DNA of 64,000 nt, from positions 1,480-65,479 of the forward strand of contig PXRI01000027.1 of the NCBI GenBank assembly GCA_003021005.1, read 5' to 3'. Position 1 is the stretch's first letter. Every line of letters begins with the position of its first letter. Shown one piece after another: positions 50,536 to 60,588 of the stretch. The notes under the pieces are model-generated. The model had not been told where the DNA came from. It saw nothing but the letters and a program-made list of their open reading frames with translations, and did no database searches. The position numbers were made by a program, and so were the translations under genes. Source of the DNA: Halobacteriales archaeon QS_1_69_70. GTDB lineage: Archaea; Halobacteriota; Halobacteria; Halobacteriales; Haloarculaceae.

Positions 50536-51566
50536 CGACGGCGAGCGTCGTCGGCGGCAGTGGTTTCACCGGCGGCGAACTGCTCCGCTTGCTCTCCGGC
50601 CACCCCGAGTTCGACGTCGTCCAGGCGACGAGCCGCAGCTACGAGAACAAGACCGTCGGGTCGGTCCACCCGAACCTCCGCGGGATGGGGCTCCGCTTTA
50701 CGGCCCCGGCCGACCTCGAATCGGTCGACGTGCTGTTCTCCTGTACGCCCCACGGCGTCTCGATGGAACACGTCGACGCCTACCGGGAGGCCGCCGACAC
50801 CGTCGTCGACCTGAGCGCGGACTTCCGGCTCGAGACCGAGGCGCAGTACGACGAGTGGTACGACGGCCACGACCGTCCGGACCTGCTGGCCGACTCGGAG
50901 TACGCCCTGCCGGAGTTGAACCGCGAGAACCTGCCGGGCGCGGACCTCATCGCCGCCGGCGGCTGCAACGCCACGGCGGCCATCCTCGGGCTGGCCCCGC
51001 TGTTCGACCACGATCTACTCACCGGTGGGGAACGGATCGTCGTCGACCTCAAGGTCGGGTCCTCGGAGGGCGGCGCCGGCGGCGGCGCGGCCTCCAGCCA
51101 TCCCGAGCGCTCGGGCGTCGTGCGGCCGTACGCACCGACCGGTCACCGCCACGAGGCCGAGATCGAGCAGTTCCTCGGCACCTCCGTGTCCTTGACCGCC
51201 CACGCGGTCGACATGATCCGCGGCGCGTCGGCGACCTGCCACGTCTACCCCGAACAGCCGGTGTCGACGGGCGACCTCTGGGAGGCGTTCCGCGGGAGCT
51301 ACGAGGACGAGCCGTTCGTCCGACTGGTGGCGGGCGGCTCCGGGGTCTACCGGTACCCGGAGCCGAAGGCCGTCGCCGGGTCGAACGACGCCGAGGTCGG
51401 CTTCGAACTCGACCCCGGCAACCGCCGAGTCGTCGTCTTTGCGGCCATCGACAACATGATGAAGGGCTCGGCCGGCCAGGCCGTCCACGCCGCGAACGTC
51501 GCGCTGGGGTTCGAGGAGACCGCGGGCCTCGAGTTTCCCGGCCTCCACCCCGTGGGGGCGCCATAG
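50532..51566 (+). CDS. argC: ArgC/LysY phosphate reductase
   Basis: GGSGFTG, DLSADFRL, GGCNAT and DNMMKGSAGQA motifs. Confidence 0.95.
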   Translation: MTTASVVGGSGFTGGELLRLLSGHPEFDVVQATSRSYENKTVGSVHPNLRGMGLRFTAPADLESVDVLFSCTPHGVSMEHVDAYREAADTVVDLSADFRLETEAQYDEWYDGHDRPDLLADSEYALPELNRENLPGADLIAAGGCNATAAILGLAPLFDHDLLTGGERIVVDLKVGSSEGGAGGGAASSHPERSGVVRPYAPTGHRHEAEIEQFLGTSVSLTAHAVDMIRGASATCHVYPEQPVSTGDLWEAFRGSYEDEPFVRLVAGGSGVYRYPEPKAVAGSNDAEVGFELDPGNRRVVVFAAIDNMMKGSAGQAVHAANVALGFEETAGLEFPGLHPVGAP

Positions 51567-52454
51567 ATGGCCGCCGGCGAGGCTGCTGCCCCGGTCGTCG
51601 TCAAGATCGGCGGCGCCAGCGCCGTCGACCCCGGGGGCGCGCTGGCGGACGTCGCCGCAGTGGTCGGGGACGGAACGGACGTCGTCGTCGTCCACGGCGG
51701 CTCGACGGCCGTCGACGACGCCCTGGAGCGGATGGGCATCGAGCAGGAGTACGTCGAGACCCCCTCGGGCGTGGTCGGCCGGTTCACCGACGCCGAGACG
51801 ATGGAGGTCTTCACGATGGCCATGGCCGGCCGGGTAAACACCGACCTCGTGACGGGCCTGCAGAACGAGGGCTGTGCCGCCGTCGGCCTGTCGGGCGTCG
51901 ACGGCGGCCTGTTCACCGGCCCGCGGAAGTCCGCCGTGCGCGTCATCGAGGAGGGTACGGAGAAGATCCGGCGCGGCGACCACTCGGGCCGCATCGAGTC
52001 GGTCGACGTCGACCTCCTCGAGACGCTGCTTTCCGGGGGCTACACACCGGTCGTGTCGCCGCCGATGCTGGCCGACGACGTCGGCGACCGTCGGTCGGCG
52101 GACGGCGAGACGGCGTCCCGCCGGTGGATGGCGGTGAACTCTGACGCCGACAGGGCGTCCGCGGCGGTCGCCGCGGCGCTCGGCGGCACGCTCGTGTCGC
52201 TGACCGACGTCGCGGGCGTCTACCGGGATCCCGACGACCCCGAGACCGTCATCGACCGTGTCGAGACGCCAGCGGGCTACGAGGAGTTGACCGACGCCGC
52301 GGAGGGCTTCATGGGCCGGAAGGTGATGGCGGCGACGGAGGCCCTGGAGGGCGGCGCGAGCGAGGTCGTCGTCGCCGACGCCAACGCCGCCTCGCCCGTC
52401 CGGAGCGCGCTGTCGGGCGGCGGCACCCACATCCTGCCGACCGCGATCGAGTGA
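51567..52454 (+). CDS. argB: ArgB/LysZ kinase
   Basis: VKIGG, VHGGS, NSDAD and LTDVAG motifs. Confidence 0.93.
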   Translation: MAAGEAAAPVVVKIGGASAVDPGGALADVAAVVGDGTDVVVVHGGSTAVDDALERMGIEQEYVETPSGVVGRFTDAETMEVFTMAMAGRVNTDLVTGLQNEGCAAVGLSGVDGGLFTGPRKSAVRVIEEGTEKIRRGDHSGRIESVDVDLLETLLSGGYTPVVSPPMLADDVGDRRSADGETASRRWMAVNSDADRASAAVAAALGGTLVSLTDVAGVYRDPDDPETVIDRVETPAGYEELTDAAEGFMGRKVMAATEALEGGASEVVVADANAASPVRSALSGGGTHILPTAIE

Positions 52455-52456
52455 CC

Positions 52457-53584
52457 ATGACCGGGTTCGTCTTCTCCGAGAAACCGATCGGCATCGAACG
52501 CGGCGAGGGCGTCTCCCTCTACGACACGGACGACCGCGAGTACCTCGACTTCGGCGCCAGCTACGCCTGCGCCCCGGTCGGCCACTGCCACCCCGACGTG
52601 GTCGCGGCCACCACCGAGCAGCTCGAGACGCTCACCTACGTCCAGGCGTCGTACCCGAACGCCGCCCGGACCGCGCTGTACGACACGCTCGCCGACGTCG
52701 CGCCCGGCGATCTAGACCGGGTGTGGCTCTGTAACTCCGGGACGGAGGCCAACGAGGCCGCGCTGAAGTTCGCCCGCCACGCCACCGGCCGCTCGGAGAT
52801 CGTCGCGACGATGCAGGGCTTTCACGGCCGCACGATGGGCTCGCTCGCGACGACCTGGAAGGACGAATACAAGGCCGGATTCGGGCCGCTCGCCGGCGGC
52901 GTCGAGTTCGTCCCCTACGGCGACGGCGAGGCGATGCGGGAGGCCGTCGACGCGGAGACGGCGGCGGTCATCGTCGAACCCGTCCAGGGCGAGGGCGGCG
53001 TCAACCCGGCCACGACGGCGTACCTCGAGACGGTGCGGGAGGCGACCGCCGAGGCGGGTGCGGCGATGATACTGGACGAGATCCAGACCGGCCTCGGCCG
53101 CACGGGGACGCTGTGGGCGGCCGACGGCCACGGCGTCGTCCCGGACGTGCTCACGACGGCGAAGGGCCTCGGGAGCGGCCTGCCGGTCGGTGCGACCCTC
53201 GTCCGGGAATGGATCGCCGCCGAGGCGGGCGACCACGGGTCGACCTTTTCCGGCGGGCCCGTCGTGTCGGCGGCCGCCGGCGCGACGCTCGACGCCATCG
53301 AGCGCGAGGGACTTCCGGCCCACGCCGCCGACGTCGGCGACTACCTCGTCTCCGGGCTGTGCGAGACGCTCGGCGACGCGGTCCGGGAGGTCCGCGGCGA
53401 GGGGCTGTTGGTCGGCGTCGAGGTCAAGCGGGGCGCCAACCCGGTGCTGCGGGACCTCGCCATGGAGCACCGCATCCTCGCGCTGCCGGCGGGCCGCAGC
53501 GTCGTCCGGCTGCTGCCGCCGCTGACCGTCGAGTGCGAGCACGCCGACCGGGTGATCGACGCGCTGGAGGCGATCGTGGTGTGA
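52457..53584 (+). CDS. argD: ArgD/LysJ aminotransferase (class III)
   Basis: NSGTEANE, FHGRT, EPVQGEGG, DEIQTG and AKGLG motifs. Confidence 0.94.
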   Translation: MTGFVFSEKPIGIERGEGVSLYDTDDREYLDFGASYACAPVGHCHPDVVAATTEQLETLTYVQASYPNAARTALYDTLADVAPGDLDRVWLCNSGTEANEAALKFARHATGRSEIVATMQGFHGRTMGSLATTWKDEYKAGFGPLAGGVEFVPYGDGEAMREAVDAETAAVIVEPVQGEGGVNPATTAYLETVREATAEAGAAMILDEIQTGLGRTGTLWAADGHGVVPDVLTTAKGLGSGLPVGATLVREWIAAEAGDHGSTFSGGPVVSAAAGATLDAIEREGLPAHAADVGDYLVSGLCETLGDAVREVRGEGLLVGVEVKRGANPVLRDLAMEHRILALPAGRSVVRLLPPLTVECEHADRVIDALEAIVV

Positions 53585-54571
53585 GCGACCCCCGCGAGGA
53601 CGGGACCGTGCCCGGCGAGGACGTCCCGGCCGACGACGAGGCGCGCGACCTGCTGGAAACCCTGGTGTCGATCCCCTCGCCCACGGGCGAGGAGGCCGAG
53701 TGTGCCGCGGCGCTTGTCGCGTTCCTCGAGGCCCACGGCCGGGAGGTCTACCGCGACGAGGTCGGCAACGTCCGGGCCCCGGCGGACGACGCGGTCCTGT
53801 TCACCTCGCACGTCGACACCGTGCCCGGGGAGGGCGGTGGCCGCCGTCCGGACGGGCGTCTCCTTCGCCGGCGTCGTCGGCGAGGAGACGACCTCCCGCG
53901 GCGCCCGCCACCTCGTTGCGGACCGCGAGCCCCCGGACGCGCTGGTGAACGGCGAGCCGTCCGGCTGGGACGCCGTCACGCTCGGCTACCGCGGCATCCT
54001 CCAGGGCACCTACGTCGCGACCTCCGAGTCCGGCCACACCTCCCGGCCCGAGAACAACGCCATCCAGGACGCCATCGCGTGGTGGGCGGCCGTCGAGGAC
54101 CGGTTTTCGACGGACGGTGACGGACCGGTGTTCGAGCAGGTGACGCCGAAGCCGGTCGCGATCGAGGGCGGCGTCGGCGACGACGGCCTCGCGGTCGAGG
54201 CTTCCCTCGAGGTGCAGCTCCGCGTGCCGCCGGGGCGCACCACCGAGGCGGTCCGGGAGCTGGCCGACGGCGAACTCGACGCCGGTACTGTTAGGTGGAC
54301 GGACGCGGTGGAGCCGACGATGCAGCGCCCGAAGAGCCCGGTCGCGCGGGCGTTCCGCGCCGCCGTCCGCGAACGGGGCGGCGAGCCGCGGCAGCTCCGG
54401 AAGACCGGCACGGCCGACACGAACGTCTACGCCGGCGCGTGGGACTGCCCGATGGCGACCTACGGCCCCGGCGACGCCTCGCTGGACCACGCGCCCGACG
54501 AGCGGCTCCCCCTCGCCGATCTGGACCGGGCCGTCGCGGTGCTGGAAGCCGTCGGGGAGGCTCTCTCGTGA
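53581..54571 (+). pseudogene. argE: ArgE/LysK (LysW-hydrolase, M20), frameshifted with internal deletion
   Basis: SHVDTVPG in one frame; GEET, GEPS, SGHTS and DHAPDE in another. The GRGxxD segment is missing at about 53832. Confidence 0.85.
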
Positions 54572-55458
54572 CCGCGAACTTCCTGACCATCGACGACCTC
54601 ACCGCAGCGGAACTGAAAGCGGTCCTGGACCGCGCCGAGCGGTACAAGCGCGAGGGGCCGCCGCCGGCGCTCGAGGGCGGGACGCTGGCGATGATCTTCG
54701 AGAAGCCCTCCACGCGCACCCGCGTGTCCTTCGAGACCGGCGCGACCCGGCTCGGCGGCCACGCCGTCTTCCTCGGGCCCGACGACATCCACCTCGGCCA
54801 CGGCGAGCCGATCCGGGACACCGCCCGGGCGGTCTCGCGGTACGTCGACGTCATCATGGCGCGGCTCTTCGACCACGCCGACCTCGAGGAACTCGGACGG
54901 TATGCGACCGTCCCCGTGGTCAACGGCCTCACCGACGACGCCCATCCCTGCCAGACGCTCGCGGACCTCCTGACGATCCGGGAACGGGTCGGCGGCTTCG
55001 ACGCTGACGTCGCGTGGGTCGGCGACGCGAACAACGTCTGCCGGTCGCTCGTGCTCGGCGCGGCCCTCGTCGACCTGGAGGTGACGGTCGCCACCCCGCC
55101 GGCGTTCACAGTCGAGGAGGCCGTGCTGGACCGGGCGGCCGACCTCGGCCGGGCGCCCGAGACCACGACGGACCCCGCGGCCGCGATCGACGGCGCCGAC
55201 GTCGTCTACACCGACGTCTGGGTAAGCATGGGCGAGGCGGCCGACCGCGAGCGGAAGCTCGCGGCGTTCGAGGCGGCCGGCTTCCGGCTGACCGAGGCCC
55301 TGCTGGATGACCAGTACGTGATGCACTGTCTGCCGGCCCACCGCGGCGAGGAGATCACCGACGCCGTCATCGAGTCCGACCGCGCGGTCGTCTGGGAGCA
55401 GGCCGAAAACCGGCTCCACGCCCAGAACGCGCTGCTCGCACACTTGCTCGAGGGCTGA
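54568..55458 (+). CDS. argF: ornithine carbamoyltransferase
   Basis: STRTR, HPCQ, DVWVSMG and HCLP motifs. Confidence 0.96.
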   Translation: MTANFLTIDDLTAAELKAVLDRAERYKREGPPPALEGGTLAMIFEKPSTRTRVSFETGATRLGGHAVFLGPDDIHLGHGEPIRDTARAVSRYVDVIMARLFDHADLEELGRYATVPVVNGLTDDAHPCQTLADLLTIRERVGGFDADVAWVGDANNVCRSLVLGAALVDLEVTVATPPAFTVEEAVLDRAADLGRAPETTTDPAAAIDGADVVYTDVWVSMGEAADRERKLAAFEAAGFRLTEALLDDQYVMHCLPAHRGEEITDAVIESDRAVVWEQAENRLHAQNALLAHLLEG

Positions 55459-55542
55459 CCCCTCGCCCGTCGGGTCGGCGTCCGGCGACGCCGACCCCCC
55501 GGTTTCGGGAGGCTTTATCGACCGCCGGCCCGGACGTGGGGT

Positions 55543-55923
55543 ATGGACCCCGACCCGGATCCGTCCCGGTTCCGCGACCTGATGCTCGACGCGGAGCCGG
55601 GCTTCGAGGAGGTCCTCCGGTGCGTGTTCGGCATCCAGGCCCACGAGGCGCGGCTCTACCTGGTGTTGCTCGACGCACCGGACAGCACCGTCGCGGAGCT
55701 GGCCGAGCGGGTCGACCGCGACCGCAGCAACGTCAACCGCGGGCTGTCGACCCTTCGGGAGAAGGGCCTCGCCGACCGACAGCGGCGGCTGCTCGACAGC
55801 GGCGGCCACGTCTACCAGTACCGGGCCACGCCGCCCGACCAGGCCCGCGAGTTGATGCACGAGACCCTCGAGGAGTGGTCGGCCTACGTCCACGAGCGCA
55901 TCGAGGAGTTCCCGGCGTCGTAG
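55543..55923 (+). CDS. TrmB-like HTH transcriptional regulator
   Basis: TVAELAERVDRDRSNVNRGLSTL winged HTH. Confidence 0.85.
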   Translation: MDPDPDPSRFRDLMLDAEPGFEEVLRCVFGIQAHEARLYLVLLDAPDSTVAELAERVDRDRSNVNRGLSTLREKGLADRQRRLLDSGGHVYQYRATPPDQARELMHETLEEWSAYVHERIEEFPAS

Positions 55924-55925
55924 CG

Positions 55926-56099
55926 TCAGACCAGCGCGTCGAGGTCCACGGCGCCCCGCGACTGGATCCACGCCGTCGGCTCTTCGGTGTCGTAGATCAC
56001 CGTCTCGCCGTTCGGGAGCCGGAGGTCGGCACAGCGACTGCTCGTCGGGTCCGGTCCGTCGGTTTCGTTCCGCGGTGGCGCTATGTTAAATGTTACCAA
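55926..56099 (-). CDS. small haloarchaeal protein (VIYD...AWIQS type)
   Basis: ...GETVIYDTEEPTAWIQSRGAVDL; start uncertain (TTG 56099 or ATA 56084). Confidence 0.55.
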   Translation of the reverse strand: MVTFNIAPPRNETDGPDPTSSRCADLRLPNGETVIYDTEEPTAWIQSRGAVDLDALV

Positions 56100-56339
56100 T
56101 AGTCAGCCGTGCGTCTGACGCGTGGGGACGCATGACCCGTATACGCATGCCATTGGTCGTGTCAGCGAGCGAGCGGGTTCGCCAGACGAGCAGGGCGCAG
56201 CGACCACCGTCCAGTGGTCGATGCCTGACTCCCGGGTCGGCGGTCCACCGCGGCGAACCTCGACCGGCCACAGGGCGCGGGGCAAGGATGGTCGGCGGGG
56301 ACCACCCCACTTTTGCCGGCGGGCCGCCAGCCTCCCCCA

Positions 56340-57570
56340 ATGCCCGAGGGGACGCCACAGGGGGCGCCGTCCGTGCCGGCCGTCGCCACCGACGGGGTGT
56401 GGCTGCGCTGCATCGAGTGCAGCCACGACCACCCGCCCTTCAAGTCGGCGGTGTACACCTGCCGGCAGTGCGGCGCGCTCTTGGAGGTCCGCTATGCGAC
56501 CTACCCCTCGTTCGACGACTTCGAGGGTGACGGCGTCTGGCGGTACGCGGCCGCGTTACCGTTCGCGGACGGCGGACCGCCCGGCGCCCCGAACGGAGGC
56601 GGCGATGCCGCCGGAGTGGTCTCACTGCCGGAGGGTGCCACGCCGCTGTACCGCGTGCCGCGGCTGGAGGACTCCGTCGGCGTCCGCAGCCTCCGGGTCA
56701 AACACGAGGGGATGAACCCGACCGGCTCGTTCAAGGACCGCGGGATGACCGTCGGCGTCCGCGTGGCCCGGGAGATTGGCGTCGACCGGCTGGCGTGTGC
56801 CTCCACGGGCAACACGTCGGCGGCGCTATCGGCCTACGGTGCCCGCGCCGGGCTGGAGACGCTGGTCCTGTTGCCCGCCGGGAAGGTCGCCGCCGGAAAG
56901 GTCGCCCAGGCCCGCCTCCACAACGCCCGCACTCTCGAGGTGGACGGCAACTTCGACGACTGCCTCGACGTCGTCCGGGCGCTGACCGACCGCGGCGAGG
57001 CCCGCCCTCTACAAGTGCTTCCGGGAGCTGGTCGCGGCCGGCGAACTCACGGCCGAGGAGGCGCCGGCGCTTACCGGCGTCCAGGCGGAGGGCGCCGCCC
57101 CGGTCGTCGAGGCGGTCGAGTCCGGCGCCGGGGAGGTCCGGCGGTGGGACGACGTCGAGACCGTGGCCACCGCCATCCGCATCGGGAACCCGGTGAACGC
57201 CCCGAAGGCGCTGCCCGGCATCCGGGAGACCGGCGGCACCGCCGTCGCCGTCCCGGACGCGGCGATCACCGACGCCCAGCGCGCGCTGGCCGCCGAGGGC
57301 ATCGGCGTCGAACCCGCCTCGGCGGCCTCGCTGGCAGGGCTGCGGATGCTCCGGGCCGAGAGCATGGTCGACGACGACGAGGACGTGGTCTGTCTCACGA
57401 CGGGCCACCTGCTAAAGGACCCCGAGGCCGCCGCGGCGGCCGGCCGCGACCCCGAACCCGTCCCGGCCGACGTCGACGCCGTGCTGGCCCACCTCGCCGG
57501 CGAGACCATCGAGACGGACGACGGCGGGCTCCTGGCCCGACTCATCGACCGGCTGTCGCCGGGGTCGTAG
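56340..57570 (+). pseudogene. thrC: threonine synthase, frameshifted with internal deletion
   Basis: NPTGSFKDRG and ASTGNT in one frame; ALYKCFREL, TAIRIGNP, EPASA and TGHLLKD in another. Junction at about 57002. Confidence 0.88.
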
Positions 57571-57847
57571 TCGGCTCGACGGCCCGGCCCGTCTCCCCGG
57601 TGGCGCCGTCCCGCCGGGCGGCAGTGCCGACCGGCTGGCACCCGTCGTGGGGTGCGAAACGCAGGGGGTCGTCTCCGGCGACCGGCCCGCGGTCGCCGCA
57701 CGGCCGCCCCGCGTGACGGCTCGAGTCCCGGGGATGGGATACAGCCGCCGGACGCGACGGCCGCCGACCCACGAGTCGGTGGGGTCGCCCGATCAGGCCA
57801 GTGCGCTGGGTCGGGTCCCTTGTGCTCGATGGGGTCCCTGTGCTCGA

Positions 57848-60346
57848 TCAGGCAACCGCGCCCGAGGCGGCAGCGACGTCGCCCAGCATGACCTTCGTGG
57901 TGACCTCGCCGGCCGGAACCTCGAGGTCGTGACTGCCGAACGTCGTCGCCAGCGTGAGCGTCGCCGGCCCGTCGCTTTCGACCTCGAGGGTGACCTCGTC
58001 GTCGACGTCGAGGCCCGCCTCCTCCACCCAGACGGTGACCGACTCGACGCCCTCCAGGCGGACCGCCAGCCGGTTGTCGGGCGCGGTCCGGGCGTCGATC
58101 GGCGGCGTCTCCCACTGGACGCCGCGGCTCAGGTGGCGGCGGGGCTCCCGGCCGTACTCCGTGAACGGGCCGACCTCCGGCGGGGCGTACCCCTCGGCGT
58201 ACGAGATGGCGTCGACGAGCCCGGAGTTGCGGTCCTCGCTGGTGGCGATGTCGGAGACCCAGTAGGCGCCGTCGTGGACCAGATCGACCTCGGGGTGGTC
58301 GAGTTCCGGCAGGTGGCGGTAGGTCACCCGCCGGGGGTTCCTGATGACCTTGGTCCGGGCGACGAACTCGGGGATGCCGGTCCAGCGGTCCCGGATGCCG
58401 AACGAGAGGTGGGTCTCGGCCGGGAAGACGTCGAACTGGTGGCGGTAGCCGTGCCGCTTCAGCCGCCGGGCGTAGTTGTCCGGGGAGATGACGGGGACCA
58501 CGGGGTCGCCGAGGCCGCTCCAGACGAGCATCGGGACGTGCCGGAGGTTCTCGGATATCTCCAGGGCGCTGGACGGGCGTTCCGTGAAGACGTTGAGGAG
58601 CCGGCCGCCGCCGTCGCCGCCGAAGAGCGTCGTCGTCACCGACGGCGGCGAGCGCAGGAGGCCGCCGGTGAGGCCCTCGAGGGGGTCCTCGGTCGGCGGG
58701 CCGACCACGGAAAAGCCGCGGCCGAAGAGGTCGGGACACTGGGCGGCGAGCACGCAGGCGCCGAACCCGCCCATCGAGTAGCCGCCCAGCGTCACCCGGC
58801 TCCGGTCGACGTCGATGCGGCCCTCGAGGTCGCGCCAGGCCTCGAAGACGTCGAGTTCGGCCTCGCGCTTGTACCAGCGGCCGGGCCCGCGGGCCTGCGG
58901 CATCAGGACGACGGCGTCGTTCGGCTCGCTGATCTGCGTGATGAGGTTCGGCGTGTACACCGGGTACTGGGTGTACGAACAGGAAAGCGAGTGCAACAGC
59001 ACGACCATCGGCGCGGGCTCGTCGAGGTCCGCCGGGACGTAGGCGCTGTACGGCTGGATGCGGCCCTCGAGGACGTCGTGGTCGGGGTCGACGCCCTCGC
59101 CGAGGTAGTACCGCGAGGGGTACAGAAGCGAGACGATGCCGGCGTCGGGCGTGTGCTGCTCCGTGACGCCCGCCTCGAGCTTACCGAAGTCGATATCGGC
59201 GCCGAACCGCGAGACGTCGCGGTCGGCGAGGGCGGTCGCCTGGGCGTGCTCGCGCCAGTTGCCCTCGCCGAGCACCCGGGGCGACCGGTCGAGCACCTGC
59301 TCCACCAGCGTGTGGCCGACGCCGGTGACGTCGAGGAGGTCGAACAGGCCGCGACCGATGTCGACCGGGCCGAGGTTCCGGTCGTAGGGCTCGTCGAACC
59401 GGAACCCGACGTTGAACACCGGCGGGACGTCCAGGTCCGCGTTCGCGCCGCCGGGGTGGGTCTCGGTCGGCTCCTCGCCGACCTGCTTGAAGCCGCCGCC
59501 CGTCCGGTCCCGGAGGCCGACGGCGACGTAGTGGCGCCACGTCGCCTCGCCGGGCTCCAGCGGCACCTCGACTTCGAGCTGGTTCCGGCGGACATTGACC
59601 GTGAGGCGGTCCTCTCCGAGGGGCTCGCCGTCGAGTTCGGCGCCGGTGCCCCAGGTGACGATGCGGTGGTCGACGGGGGCACCGAGGTCGCCCAGGCCGT
59701 ACCCCCAGTCCGTCCGGCGGCCCGCCCCGGTCTCGAGGTCGGGGTCGGACTCGGTGTCGATGCCGATGGCGACGGCCGCGGCGTCCGGCTCCAGCATCGT
59801 GTTGAGCGTTACCCGGTAGGCGATGCCGTCGTCCGTCGGGCGGGCGCGGAACTCGAGCAGGTCGGCGGCGTTGTACCCGTAGCGGTCCGGGTCGTTCGGG
59901 TAGTGGTAGTCGCCGGTGGGCTGGGAGAGCACGCCGCCCAGCGACCGCGCGTTCGTCGGCGCGCTGGACACCCACGACCGGACGTCGGCGCCGCGGTCGT
60001 CGTAGACGAAGTCCTGGTAGAGGTACTCGCCGTCGACGTAGGCGTCACACCCCGACACGAGGAGGGGCTCGGCGTCCCACCCCGGCCCGTTCTCCAGTTG
60101 GGGCGGCGTGGGGTTGTCGCCGTACAGCGCGTCCGGTCCCGGCCGGGGGGGTCGCTCCGCTCCGGCCCTGTCGGCGACGTCCCCGGGCACGGCATCGGCG
60201 ACGTCGTCGGGCGCTCCTTCAGCCACGGGCACCCCGTCAGCGACCTCGTCGGCCGCTGCTACGGCGTCGTCCACCGGCGCCACGTCGGCAACCTCCTCGG
60301 ACGCGCCGGCGGCGACCTCTTCGGACGCGCCCTCGTCCTTCGACAT
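57848..60346 (-). CDS. large alpha/beta-hydrolase (paralog 1)
   Basis: LLHSL and GYSMGG nucleophile elbow, D and H downstream; N-terminal beta-rich region. Confidence 0.8.
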   Translation of the reverse strand: MSKDEGASEEVAAGASEEVADVAPVDDAVAAADEVADGVPVAEGAPDDVADAVPGDVADRAGAERPPRPGPDALYGDNPTPPQLENGPGWDAEPLLVSGCDAYVDGEYLYQDFVYDDRGADVRSWVSSAPTNARSLGGVLSQPTGDYHYPNDPDRYGYNAADLLEFRARPTDDGIAYRVTLNTMLEPDAAAVAIGIDTESDPDLETGAGRRTDWGYGLGDLGAPVDHRIVTWGTGAELDGEPLGEDRLTVNVRRNQLEVEVPLEPGEATWRHYVAVGLRDRTGGGFKQVGEEPTETHPGGANADLDVPPVFNVGFRFDEPYDRNLGPVDIGRGLFDLLDVTGVGHTLVEQVLDRSPRVLGEGNWREHAQATALADRDVSRFGADIDFGKLEAGVTEQHTPDAGIVSLLYPSRYYLGEGVDPDHDVLEGRIQPYSAYVPADLDEPAPMVVLLHSLSCSYTQYPVYTPNLITQISEPNDAVVLMPQARGPGRWYKREAELDVFEAWRDLEGRIDVDRSRVTLGGYSMGGFGACVLAAQCPDLFGRGFSVVGPPTEDPLEGLTGGLLRSPPSVTTTLFGGDGGGRLLNVFTERPSSALEISENLRHVPMLVWSGLGDPVVPVISPDNYARRLKRHGYRHQFDVFPAETHLSFGIRDRWTGIPEFVARTKVIRNPRRVTYRHLPELDHPEVDLVHDGAYWVSDIATSEDRNSGLVDAISYAEGYAPPEVGPFTEYGREPRRHLSRGVQWETPPIDARTAPDNRLAVRLEGVESVTVWVEEAGLDVDDEVTLEVESDGPATLTLATTFGSHDLEVPAGEVTTKVMLGDVAAASGAVA

Positions 60347-60588
60347 ACCGCTATGACCCCCTTCGCGACGGAAGGCCGTTGACCCGGTCCACGCAGGGAG
60401 GTTTATGAGTGACCATCGTCAGCGACCTGGCGGGTTCGGTCGAGCGATACCGCCGCATAGCGGGCAGTCACGGTTAAACACACCGGTCGACCCAGACCCC
60501 AGGGGGTCGTGATGCACCACCGCCAGTGGTGCAGCTCCGGCGTGGGCCGCGTGAACCGATGCCGTGGTGGTCGTCGAACGGGGAACCG

